DNA of 64,000 nt from Nageia nagi (taxonomy: Eukaryota; Plantae; Pinophyta): assembly GCA_050084985.1 (NCBI GenBank), contig JBITNC010000001.1, forward strand, positions 16,740,001 through 16,804,000, written 5' to 3'. Positions within the stretch are counted from its first letter, which is position 1. Each line of letters starts with the position of its first letter. The notes below the pieces were generated by a model. The model was not told the origin of the DNA. It worked only from the letters and a program-made list of their open reading frames with translations, and did not search any database. This document shows positions 28,101-40,100 of this stretch, piece by piece. The position numbers were made by a program, and so were the translations under genes.

Positions 28101-31100
28101 AGAGGAGCTACACGAGAGCGTTTTCTAATGGCTGGGAAGCACCTGGGAGGCTACGCTGGGCGTGCCGTGAGCAGGAGGGAGGCTGTGAGGAGGCTAGGAC
28201 AAGCCACCCACAAAAGACAGAATGATGCACCCGGATCCCTCAAGAGAATCAATTTGAGAAAGCCTCACAAAGAGTCTGAATGCTTGCAAAAATCCAACCA
28301 GCTCTGGTACCATGTGAAGAATTGCAGGGAGATCAATTCAACCCAGAAAACAAGGAGATGCAAGACACCACAAACAGGAAGAGAAGCTGAAATCCTCAGA
28401 TTGATTCATACAGAAATGAGAATTAAGCCCAGAATAAATAGGGCAAATCACAAACTAATTTACAACAGCATGTCAACCATGCGGGAGCAAAATGCACAAG
28501 TAGACAAATATGTGGTTATTCGTAACAACCCAGCTAGAATAGTAAAAACTAAGGAAAAATTAATTAACCTTAGTGAACTTAATATTCTAACAAATTCATA
28601 GACGATGAATTTTTGCACAACACCCTTCTCCAAATGTATGTCAAATGTGGCAAGCTCATTGCTGGTGGCATTTTCCATGGAATGATAGCAAAATATGTAC
28701 ATAATCCTTTTATTAAGGAAGCTGAAATTTTTTAGGAAATTTAACACATAAATGTGGTCTCATGGAATTAGAAATTTAACAGGCTGTGAAATGTAGGGCC
28801 ATTTTTGTAATTTATCCTTTTTATTTTAATACCTGAAGCTTTGGAAAGGGCTAAGGCCAAAAAAGCGACAAAAAAAAAAGAAACTAGAATTTCAAGAATC
28901 AAAATCATTGATGGAGTGCCTAATCAATATCAGGTCCAACTTGTGGATGACATCCTTTTGTTGTGATCCCTTTGGTTTGAGAGGAAGAAGCTTATGCCGA
29001 AATTTTGAAAGACAATGAGAAGGTTGCAGGATAGAGGACAAAAGGATAAATCCAAGGTTTTCTCTTAAATACTAAAGATTCAATGAAGGACAGAATCAAA
29101 GCTGCATTGAATTTGTTTTAGAAGACTCCGTCAAACGTTTACTTGGACATGCCTCTATTTGAAGGACAAATAAGATAGGTTTTGGGAACTTCTAGTCAAC
29201 AAATTCAAATCCATCCTAGCCATTTGAAAGACTAAATGGTTGCTTTTAGGAGGAAAAATCCAATTGCTAAAATTGGTCATTCAAACTCTCCCGATACATT
29301 TTTCATTTCTTTTACATATCTAATACGAGTGCTCCAACTGCTTGATCAAATTGAAAATAAATTCCTGTGTTAGGGGGTTTTTCTTTTCTACCCTAGAGGG
29401 TTGAGAAAAACGCCAACACCTCAGGTGGAAGTGCGTTACTCCTTCCTGCTATGGGGACTAGTTACCCCAAAGGTCACTCCTCTTAGGTTTGCGAGAGTAG
29501 AACTCAAGGAACGACTGAGATGTTTAAAGCTGCCACCAACACAAATATCATTTGTGGATCAAGGGACTCGGACTTATACCCATAACTAAGCAAGATTGTT
29601 TCTGAACATACTTGAAACAAATGGGTGCGAAAGCCATGCAAAGAAAATGTAAAATAAAAGAAAAATGGTGGAAAGACCGTGGATACAAGGATTGGATCAA
29701 CACATATGCATATTCATGGACTTGTACAATATTTGGAAGTCGACTCATCGGGGATCGATTTAGGTTCCACGCATCTCGAATCCATCCCATTAGCCAACAA
29801 CACGAATGGTCTAGTTAAAGGAGAGCGAAGCTATGGCAAACGCAGTGAGTGATGAAGTGAAGGTAGGTCTAGGCGAAAGAGGTGAAGTCCCTAAGGTGAG
29901 CGACGTAAAAGAGTCATTCCAAAATGTAAAAGTCTAATTAAAAACGATGAAATATTGCTAACACAATGTTACTCTAACCACTTCAAATGATTTTCAAGCA
30001 CTCTTCCATCCACGTCATACAAGATTTACGAAATGCACCAAGTAGATTGAAGCAACACAAGATAGCAATAGCATCAACTAGATAACATCATCATTCATTC
30101 ACATTCATTGTCATACATGAGAGCATATAGTAATCAAGCACATGTACACCACATCAACAATTTTAAGAGAAGGTTTTACTATTTAGTATTAAGAAATGTG
30201 CAAAGTTCCTTAAAATTGTCAAAATGTCTAACCCCTTACAAATGGGCCGTTAGGAGGTATAAATAGTTTTTCAAGCAACCAATAGTGTTTCCTTAACCCT
30301 AATTATTTTTAACAATAAAACAAAGTGTGGTCCAATAATAAATCGCAACATGGCATTACAAGATCCCTTCCAAACTTGTAGGAGCAAATCCTCATTCGTC
30401 ACAAGTTTGGGAATAAAATAATAATAATCAAAGTCTTTTGTAGAAAATAAAGATATTTGTTGAAAATAAATAAAATAAAATGAAATAATTATGATGATGG
30501 TGGCCCTAAGGCTGCAACTTTATTCTCGAAGTCCTCATCCAATAACTTGGCTGTGAACTCCAAACTGTGCACCATCTCAGAGGTCTTCCCAAGATTCTTT
30601 GCCACACAACCTTCAACCTTGCTAATGATCTTTTGCATCTCTAGCTTCCAAGCATGAGCCTTCAACATGTGCCTAGCATGGCTCCCAGTCTGACATGCAT
30701 TGATTTCCGTTGATTTCCTCGGTCATCAACAAGCTCTGGAGTAGATGTCTCACCTCAGCAACTACCAGGTCTGATTCTCTGATGGTGGTGTCTTCCTCAA
30801 GGAATTTGACTTCATATTCCATCTGCTCCAACCTTGACTTTGCTTTGTCATATCTTTACTCACTTTCTAAAAGCGTGTAGTCATTTCCTGCACCACTCCC
30901 AAATAGAACCAATAGTCATCACATAAGCTAGCATCCTTCGGTCTCTGATCCTGAGTCATCTAAAAGTTCTCAATGATAGGTCTCCGAGACTCTAACCTCC
31001 TGAGGAAATCAACCTTGTTCGTTATAATGTCCTGTAGCCTTTGTTCTTCAATGGAGATCTTTTGCAAGACCTCCATGAACTATGCCACCATTGTTAATAT

Positions 31101-34100
31101 GTCTTAAATCAACTGTTGTTTTATAGCCACCAACCCCTCCTTCAATGGTTTCAACTTCTTGAGTTCTTCGAGGGGAACCTTCATGGATTTTTTTCTCCTT
31201 TTGCAGTCCATCCTTGGTGATTGCATTCGTATTGGCTATGATTGCGTGCTTCCTATCCACAATTCTGATGGAGCCTGTATTGATGATTTGGCTAATTTGT
31301 TTGAGATCTTCACGCCTTTATGGGTTAACCTTGTCTGTGTGCATTGTCTTAATGTGGACTACATCATTGGTCATGTATACATAAGTCTGGCTCTTCTCTG
31401 GACGAGTGGAGCTCTCTCCTACATGACCATTAAATTCATCATCTCCAAACTCCTCTCCGGCCTCCATGTTGAAAACGTCAAGGCAATCGTCTATGTCTAC
31501 ACCTCACTCATCATTTGGTGGTGGCTGGTGGGTTTCAACAATTGGTTCATGGTTAATTATCTTGCCTCTTCATCAACATTCTCTTCAGCTACTTCTGATG
31601 ACTGTGATTGGGGTGTTCTCTTCAATTGTGTTCTCCTGAGAACTGATTCAAAGGTTGGACTCTTCCCTTTCTTAAGAGAGGTGGAAGGTTTTGAAGAAGC
31701 AAACTTTTGAACTAGCTACAAAATTTGCAAAGACTCACTCTCCTGAGCATCTAGAATCCGAATAGGCTAATACTGGTTCTCTCCTTGTTCACCATCCTCT
31801 CCTTGTCCATCTTCTTGACTATCTTTTGGTTCATACATCAAGCTAGAGGATGGGAACCCAGATGGTGGAATAACTATAGATGGGAGTTGGACTAACTCTC
31901 TAGGTGGTATTTGGGGGCGATGGGTCCTTCTCTATTTCTTACGCACCTCACCACCTTGTTTGCCACCACATCTTCCAAATCTCTCACATCATGCTCATCC
32001 ATGATTTCCCTTACCTGTTCAACCATTGTCTCAACTGGGTTCCTACCATGCATCAAAGCATATTGACCAACAAATTCTTCAATTATCAAAGGGTACTGTG
32101 TAACTCTAGATGTAGATTCTTGTGGCCTCTTCCCCTTGGACTGTGACAACCTCTTGTCAATAGTGGCTTCCATTGTCTCTTGCTGCTTCTAGGCCTTCTC
32201 TTGCAATCCAGCACGAATCTTTCTCATCTCCACCTCGCTATTCATGTTCCTAAATAGCTCCTTATCTCTAAATGGCTTATGCTCATAAGCCCTTTTGCAT
32301 TCCTTTATGTAGAAGCTATGGATTTTATGCTTCGATTCATAGTGTGTCTGTAGCAATCATCTTCTTGAAATGGTATGTCTCCAACTCTTATTTCATTGTG
32401 TCCACATTTGCCCAAGTCCTGCATTGGTACTCTCCCACTATGATTGACAGGTTAGAGGAAGCTGATTTCTTGTGCCATACATGCTCATGCAAGAAGGCCA
32501 ACTGCCTCATCATGTCCATTAGGACCAATCTATTGCTGACATACCTAGGTAGTTGATATATCTCTATGGTTGATCCATAAATTCTAATATAGGAATAGCG
32601 TTGGTGATGGATGAATAAATATCCATGGTTCTTCAAGGAATCCTATGCTGAGTTTGATATCCTAGTTATCATGACTTCACCTTTTAGTTCCTTATAGATC
32701 TCATATTCCCATCCATCATTTCTCATAAAGAAGCTATCCCATCTTCTCTCGATCTTCCACTTGGGTAGCCCTTCCATATGGCATAGGTTCCCTTTTCGAT
32801 CCAAGCTACCTCTCCATGAGCTGTGGGTATATACTTTCCGTGAAGCAATAAGTATACTAAGTATGAATTGAGGTAAAATTTCCAAGAGGTGCCCATCGAT
32901 GACAACTACTCCTTCGAAGGTGTCACTCAATACCTTGCTCCATCTAAACTTCTTGCCCTTTGCCATCTCGATGATGAAGCCAAAGAACTCCTTCCTGAAC
33001 TTGGTACCATCTTCTTTCTGAAGGATCCTAGACAACATCAATATCACCAACTCTATGGAGGGGTAGAAGTTGCTGCGAGGAGCATTGATGAGAGCATTTC
33101 CTTTAAGGCCTTGGTGCTCTTCAAGCATCCAATCTCTAATGGTGACGGCTGCCCTATTTGTGGATTGGTAGAGGGCTAATGACTATGCTTCATTGTATTT
33201 GATGTTCCCCTTTCTTGACCATTGAAATGCCTTCTTGATAGCTTCAGGGATGAAGTCCATAATGGCATCCCCCTTGATTTCCTTGAGCACCCTTTCACCC
33301 TTCTTCCAGTGTTGGCCTACTTCCATGCATAACTCTAGGAAAAGGGATGCAAACGAGATGGAGGTGGCTGTAGCGAGACCTTAGAAGAACACAACATCCT
33401 TTTTTAATATATTCATCTCTATGTTGCAGACCTTCTCTCTCATTTGTATAGGGTTGACCTTTTTTCAATTTGTATCCTCGATGGTGGCAAATTCATTCTT
33501 CGAAAATCTAGCCCCTTGTGGTAAGGTCTCTTGCGTCTCACATATAGAGACGATACATCTTGCTTCAGCCTCTTTAGCTCCTTTGCACTCTCCTTGGCCA
33601 CACTACTCCTCAAGCTAGTCATCTTGGCCGAGTAGGTCATGGGTGTCCCCAAAAGTGATGTGCAAGCCTCCCTAGGATGAGACATCTCCAACATTGCCTT
33701 GGTCTTGTTCTCTAAATGCCCCACGTGTGTTTGAGAGGGAAATGATGCGAATTTGAAGCCCTAATTCTGCTCTTCTTCCTCACTTGGGTGCAAAAAATGA
33801 AGTGAAGAAGTGATTTGAATTTGAAAAAATGAGAAGCTCCACCTTGTACTTATACCCAAAATTTAGGTTTTTGCATACCCTAGTCGGCCATGTTCTTGAG
33901 AAACTTCATTTTGGCCATCCAGATGATCGACCTAGGGTTGTTCTAGCTCTGGATCGAGTTATTTCCTCCTATGACTGGCTGTGGGGGTGGGAGTGTGCTC
34001 TTGGGGCTAGCGCATGCCTAGAAAAGACAAGATTAGACAACTTTATTCCCTCTGGACGCTTATTGTCTGGCTCTTCAACTTACCTGTTTTGACCTTGCAT

Positions 34101-37100
34101 CATCCAAATTTGTCTTTTCCAGGGCCCATACTTATCAAATTTCATCCTCAGGCGCATCTAGAACTCCTCCCAGACTAGGCACATGTTTCGAAAAGACAAG
34201 ATTTTGTCTTTTTGAAACATGCACCCAACCCTCTAGTAATGCCAATTTGAGCGCATGCCCTAGAAAAACAAAATTGCTCTTGTCTAGTTTGACTTGTTTC
34301 GAGGCCTTAGCAAGTGGGGCTTAACCAAATTTTCACATTTTTCTGAAATTGGTATCTCCCTGGACCAAGCGCATGCTTCAGGAAGTCAAGATTTTTTCTT
34401 TTGAAACCATGCGCCTGTCCTCTTGGCCCTATCTGAGCTAGATGCCAGCTTTGGACTTCCATACCTTAGCCAAATTTTCTATCGAGATCAAACTGGTTAT
34501 CTCCCTGCCTTGAGTGCATGTTCCCAAAAGACAAAATTTTGTCTTTTTGAGAGGTGCGCTCAGCCTTGATGTGCTTCATCTTCACCTTTTCACCTTTAGG
34601 TTTGTTTCGGGAGGCCTCCTAAACTAGGTGCATGCTCCCAAAAGACAAGATTTTATCTTTTTGAGGGGTGTGCTTGGCTTGTAATGCATCAAGGTCACCC
34701 CTTTGATCCTTTGTTTTGACCTAGGAGGCTCCTAGGTCCAAGCGCAAAAAGACAAGATTTTGTCTTTTTGGAGCATGCACTTGGCCTTGGGATGGCCTAG
34801 TTTCACTTGGCTTGAATTGGACTTGACCTGGGTTCCCCTACTTTGCCTAAATTCGACTTATGATTCTCAAACTTAGTCATTTTTCGAAGGATTTTGACTT
34901 TATTTTGACATGGCTAAGATGAGATGGACAATAACGCTTAGGCTTGTGATGATAGGCATTATAACCAGGTTGGTGAAGCTTTCGAATAGACATGGCATTG
35001 TGTAAACCTGAGTTGTCATGGATCCCTGAAATCACAAGATTTTGGGGTGTGTTGTGTAAGTCACAACACTATGGAGAGGCAATAGTAATGAAAGTCCACT
35101 TGATGGGTAGAGATAAAGTTTGTATCAGCGAGGTAGAAGAGAGGCAGGTCTCAAGAAGCTTTCATAGATGAAGATAGCCCTTGGTGCCAAACTATTTTGG
35201 ATACTTCATGAAGAAATTGATAGGTTATGGAGTAAGATCCTCTGCACCAAATATCTGGGGGGAGTTCGAAAGGATAGAATTCCTAACAACAGCAATCCCC
35301 AAAAAGTATCTTCTATTAGAATTTTATAGTAGCAACAATTTAATTAATGGATATGTGAGATGGGTGGTGAATAAAGGAAACCAGGTTTTTAAAGATAAGT
35401 CATGGTTCCTTCCAAATATCCTCTTGTAAAATAATACAATTGGAAAATTCAAAGGTATTTGCATCAACAAATGAAGCACAAGAGTAGTTCACTATTTGGA
35501 GAATATCATAAAGAGAAGACAATGGAAAATGCACATGGAAAGGAACTCTCTACCTCTAGCCTAAGATAAATCCTAAAGGCTCACAAGATTTCTTGGCAGA
35601 AGAATGAAGATAGATTAGATCAAAAGTAAAATAGAAAAGTAGGTAACTAAGTTCTTAAAATTGATCCATAACATTGCTATTCAAAAAATTTACTACCCAG
35701 ATAAGAAAATCTGGATTAAAAATCTTGTAAAGGTGTCCAAATCTAAGAGAATCCAAATTTAGATAAGGAAATTCTCTCTAGATGGAATTTGATTTCTCTT
35801 GCGAGGAAGGGTGAAGCATAATAGACCAAAACTTGGAAGGATACAGGGGAAAGACCAAAGGAAGGGGGTGTCAATAATCAATTTTAGTGGGTCTTCAAAA
35901 GGAAATCCAAGGAAGGTAGGGGAATGGAGAGGTAACAAATAATAAAGCAGAAGCTTTAGAAGGCTAAGGGGCTTTCATCCATTTGCCAACATAATTAGAA
36001 GAAGGTATACATAGAAGAGAATTCTCAAATAATTTTCAAGGATCAAAGAACTCCAGGCAGCTAACTGGGAACTCATACGTATCTGTAAGGACATGGAGGC
36101 CATGAAGTTACAGATTAGAATGAAGCTTAAAGAAGTTATACAAGAGGGAGATAAGGGAACACACTGATTGGCCAACAAAGGGATGCTCATATCCATAGAA
36201 TCTACCCATGCATGGGACATTGGGATATATGGGAAGAAAATCTAGCCAACATTCTTAGGAAGAACTTAAGGCATTAATAAATTAACAGATTTTATCAGAG
36301 GTTCCTTCTTGTAGACTCTACAAGATTTATGCATAGTGTTGTGGGGCGTGCTGAACCAAGTGGTAGGATGGCTCAACAAGCCTTCACAGGACATCGGGTC
36401 TTCGTAGTAAGCCGTCTAGGGAGGAACGGCCATTCGATCACCGGACTACGCCTCAGCCGGACTAACCTGCAGGGTTAGTGCAACACACCACAGTAGAAGA
36501 CTTAAACAAATAACAAGTAAACGTACAAGAAAGCAAATAAGCAAACACACAAGACGTGAGGGAAAGTGGTAGTTTTATTATACTAACGTACTAAACCGTT
36601 CAGGAGTACAATACAAGGGCCCAAGGCCAATTGACACACCTTGGACTGTGAGTCGACCACTGTCGATAGTGCTCATAGACCGTTTACACGAGACTAAGTC
36701 CCCTCCTAGCAGTTGAACCTCTCAGCAGGCCGAAAAGGCCTCTTCACGGTCCGTCCCACTAGGCAAGTTCGAAGACCTGCTAACTAAGACTCGGCACAGG
36801 ATGCCCCTCGCTCGAATGCCCAGGCACACTCCGATTGTCCGCCTAGTTCCCAACTGGTAGAGATGACCCGCTGCCCTACTCACATGAATGTGGAAGGCAG
36901 AAGTTGTAGACAGCTCTTGCTCGCAAACATGCTTGGCTTAGAAAGGCTTGAGAGTGCTTGCAGGCTTTAATGTTAGGAGTTAGTTGATGAGTGAGGAAGA
37001 CGTTTCCCCACCATGTACTCCCTCGGTTGATATGGTGACGCCCTTGTCACCGGGAACAACTACGGTCATCGCGCAAATGCCAATCAGCCACATAGAGGTT

Positions 37101-40100
37101 TTTCCTTCGGACTAGGGTACCAATACAGGGTTCCGATCTAGGAACGCCTGCACCTCATCACTGAACGCCCAGAGGTTGTCCGCCTTCTCCCAAGAAGTCT
37201 CGAGCATGCCCATGTCCTCCCAAGTCACCAAGTACTCCTGCTCCACGTGGTTCTTGAAGCTCACCTTTTGCTATGCCAGCACTTCGATCACCTTCCGCCC
37301 AGGCTTATTAACTAAGTGAATAGGTGGTCGATTCGGTTGACTCCTTATGGGATCTTCCTTGTCTTCCACAAACGGCTTCAGCAACTTTACGTAAAACATA
37401 GTGTGCATCTTCATTCTGTCTGGCAACTAGAGTTTGTAGGCCACCCTGCCCACTTTCTAGGATCACCTGAAACGACCCTCCCATCAGCAAGTCAAGGCCT
37501 TGCTTTGTCCGGTCGGAGGAGGATGGTGCTCCGAGTCCAAATGCAACATGACCTTGTCGCCGACCTTAAACTTAGCATCCTGTCGTGTTCCATCCGCATA
37601 CTGCTTCATCCTTTCATTGGCTTGCAAGAGATGCATCCTTGCAAGGTCCTACCTATCGTGCCAGGTCTTAAGGTACTGAGACGCCTCCGCATTCCCACCA
37701 AGGTAGGTTGCGACGAGTGTGTGCAATGTCATGGGTTGCTTCTCGATTGCTAGCTCAAAGGGTGAGTACTTGCTCGATCGGCTCTTGTGGCAGTTGTAGC
37801 AAAACTGCGCATAGTCCAATAGTTTCGGCCAGTTCAACTAATTGTCTGCTACATAGTGCCGAAGATAATCCTCCAACGCACCGTTGATATGCTTAGTCTG
37901 ACCGTCCATCTCAAAATGGTAGCTCATCGACATGAATAGTGCACTACCCATTAGCTTGAATAATGTTTTCCAAAAGTTCCATGTGAACCGAGCATTTCTG
38001 TCCAAGACGATGCTCATGGGCATCCCCCAATACTTCACCACATGTTTGAAGAAGTGCTCGGCGACCACTTCTGTCGTGCAACCCATCTTACAAGGGATGA
38101 ACGTCGCGTACTTGGAGAACCTGTCCACCACCACCATGATGCTACTGAACTTGTCCACCTTGGGCAGACTCGTGATGAATTCCATGCTGATACTTGCCCA
38201 AGGCCAGATCGGCACAGGTAAAGGTTGCAATAGCCCGCGCAGTCTCCTGCTCTCTATCTTGTCTTGTTGGCAGATAAGGCATGATCGGACATACTCCACA
38301 ACATCAAAGTCAATACCCAGCCTCTCTCTAGCAGTGCCAACGTCCTATGCTTCCCAGGATGTCCTGCCCACGACGCATCGTGACATTCCTTGAGAATTCT
38401 CTTCTGCACGTCCTTGTACTTCGGCACATAGACCCGAGTGTTCTGGAACATCAGCAAACCATCGACCATCTTGTGTTGGAGAATCTGCCCCTTAGCAGTT
38501 TCCGTCTCCAGGGTCTTGACCAAGCTCACAGCCTGGGGATCCACTTTCATGCCTTCTTTGATCAACTCCAAGAGCTCGCCGCCAAGCTCCAACTGGCTCT
38601 CACCCTGGGTGTTGGCTGGACTAGCTCCAGCAGCTTGCAGAGTGGCTAGCTAGTGAGCAGGCGCTAACTGTCCCTTCTGGCTCAAAGCATTAGTCACCAT
38701 GTTCTTTGTCCTTGCTGAGTACACTATGTCACAGTCATACTCAGCCAACTTGTCCTGCCATCGGGCCTGCTTGCCAGATAGTGCCTTCTTTGTTGGAAGT
38801 AGGTGTTGGAGATGTCCGTGTAAACCATGAACGACACTCCTAAGAGGTAGTGCCTCCACGTATGCAGACAATGGATGACTCTAGCCATTTGCTTCTCATG
38901 CATCAACCACCGACGCTCAACGTCATTGAACTTCCGTGACTTGAACGCGATCGGGTGCCATCTTGCATGAGCACACCGCCTAGCGCAAAGTTGGAAGCGT
39001 CTGTCTGCACACTGAACGGCTGGGTGAAATTCAGCAGTCCCAACACCGATGCCGAGGTAAGCCTCACCTTCAACTCCTCGAACACCTTGACATGGTTTGG
39101 ACTAGTGCCAAGCTTCTTTCTTCGTCAGGTCTGTCAAGGGAGCCGCAATCCTCGAGTACTTCGCCACAAACCTACGGTAGTAGTTAGCCAAGCCAAGGAA
39201 CTGTTGAAGATTCTAGAGTAATTCCAAGTTGGTATACTTCCATATATAGATTGATTGTAAATATATATATTTCCTAGATTAGAGATATGCTCTGCTGGTT
39301 GACAGATTTGTAGTCTTAAACTTTAGCATTCCAATTATGTATAGTGGCTATTTATGCCCACAATATTGTAAAGAGCATAGTATGAATGAAACCAAGTTTG
39401 ACTTGGTATCAGAACCACTCGAAAAACACCATATGGCTTCCGAATCATCAACTCCAGTAATCCATATCCAATCTGAAAATTTTGGCTTCCAGGCCGGAGT
39501 TGTCCTCACTGAAAGTAACCATGATGTATGGTCCCAAATATTAGAGATGCAAATCGTAGGACGTGAGAAGCTCAAATATATTATTGGTAAAACTGATCCA
39601 CCGAAGGAATCTGATGCTACCTATGCAAAGTGGTATGCAGAGAATCAAAAGGTCAAGGGTTGGTTGCTAACCTCCATGTCACCAGAGACAATGAAGCATT
39701 ATCTCCGACTGCGTACCGCAAGGGAAATCTGGAGTGCTCTTGCCAAAGCATTCTATGATGGATCGAATGAGACACAACTCTTTGCATTGAATCAGCGTGC
39801 CTTCACCACCAAACAAGCTGGTCGACCTTTATCAACTTATTACGGTGAGCTTGTTGAAATTTTCCAAGAATTAGATTATCGTGATAAAGTTATCATGAAG
39901 GATCCTGATGATATTATCACCTATAAGAAATCTGTTACACGGTTGAGAGTGCACTTCTTAGTGGCCTGGATGCAGAATTCGAACAAATTAGAGGTGAGGT
40001 TCTTCGGAAGGACCCCGCAATGGACCTCGACGACACCTATGCCTATGTCCGTCGAGATGCTGTATGCCGAGCCACCTTAAATGCTAAACCTGATAATCTT

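Larger units (their letters stand above)
22790..28592 (-). mobile_element. Near-intact Ty1/Copia LTR retrotransposon carrying an alpha-tubulin fragment in its 5' leader
   Basis: LTRs at 22790-23068 and 28313-28592 (about 6 substitutions plus 1 indel). Perfect TSD aattc. PBS TGGTACCAGAGC at 28301-28312. PPT at 23069-23078. Confidence 0.96.
22528..28817. mobile_element. Small (about 0.49 kb when empty) non-autonomous TIR element (MITE, Mutator-like termini), interrupted by a Copia
   Basis: Left end ggaaaaattacaaaaatggtctttaca; reverse complement of the right end is ggataaattacaaaaatggccctaca. Subterminal ttacaaaaatggccct repeats. Flanking duplication (c)ttttta. Removing the element restores the LINE frame. 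Confidence 0.75.
29368..35068 (-). mobile_element. 5.7-kb TG...CA insertion into the LINE, with no gag/pol; contains a long decayed ORF and a hairpin array (candidate giant solo LTR or deleted LTR element)
   Basis: Begins tgtt and ends aaca. LINE coding resumes on both sides (ttcc..tg / ctatgg). LTR-like TATA/R context on the minus strand at about 30230-30270 (ctatttatacc...catttgtaagggg). TSD is imperfect. Confidence 0.65.
21540..36336 (+). mobile_element. Highly degenerate L1-type LINE ORF2 (RT plus C-terminal RNase H), in three pieces: about 21540-22527, 28818-29367 and 35069-36336
   Basis: Remnants: RPISL-like at about 22065, [41 protein letters not shown], which continues after the insertion as ILIPEAL; then VDDILL, YLDMPLF, FL(W), and RNase H-like [11 protein letters not shown] and NKAEALEG. 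Confidence 0.8.

Noticed and set aside
31159-31710. 183-aa hydrophobic plus-strand ORF resembling an env or membrane protein
   Set aside because: It is the antisense shadow of a charged, purine-rich minus-strand coding remnant and has no ATG start.
34005-34785. CRISPR-like array (palindromic repeats with spacers)
   Set aside because: Eukaryotic TE context, degenerate repeats, irregular and mutually similar spacers, no cas genes.
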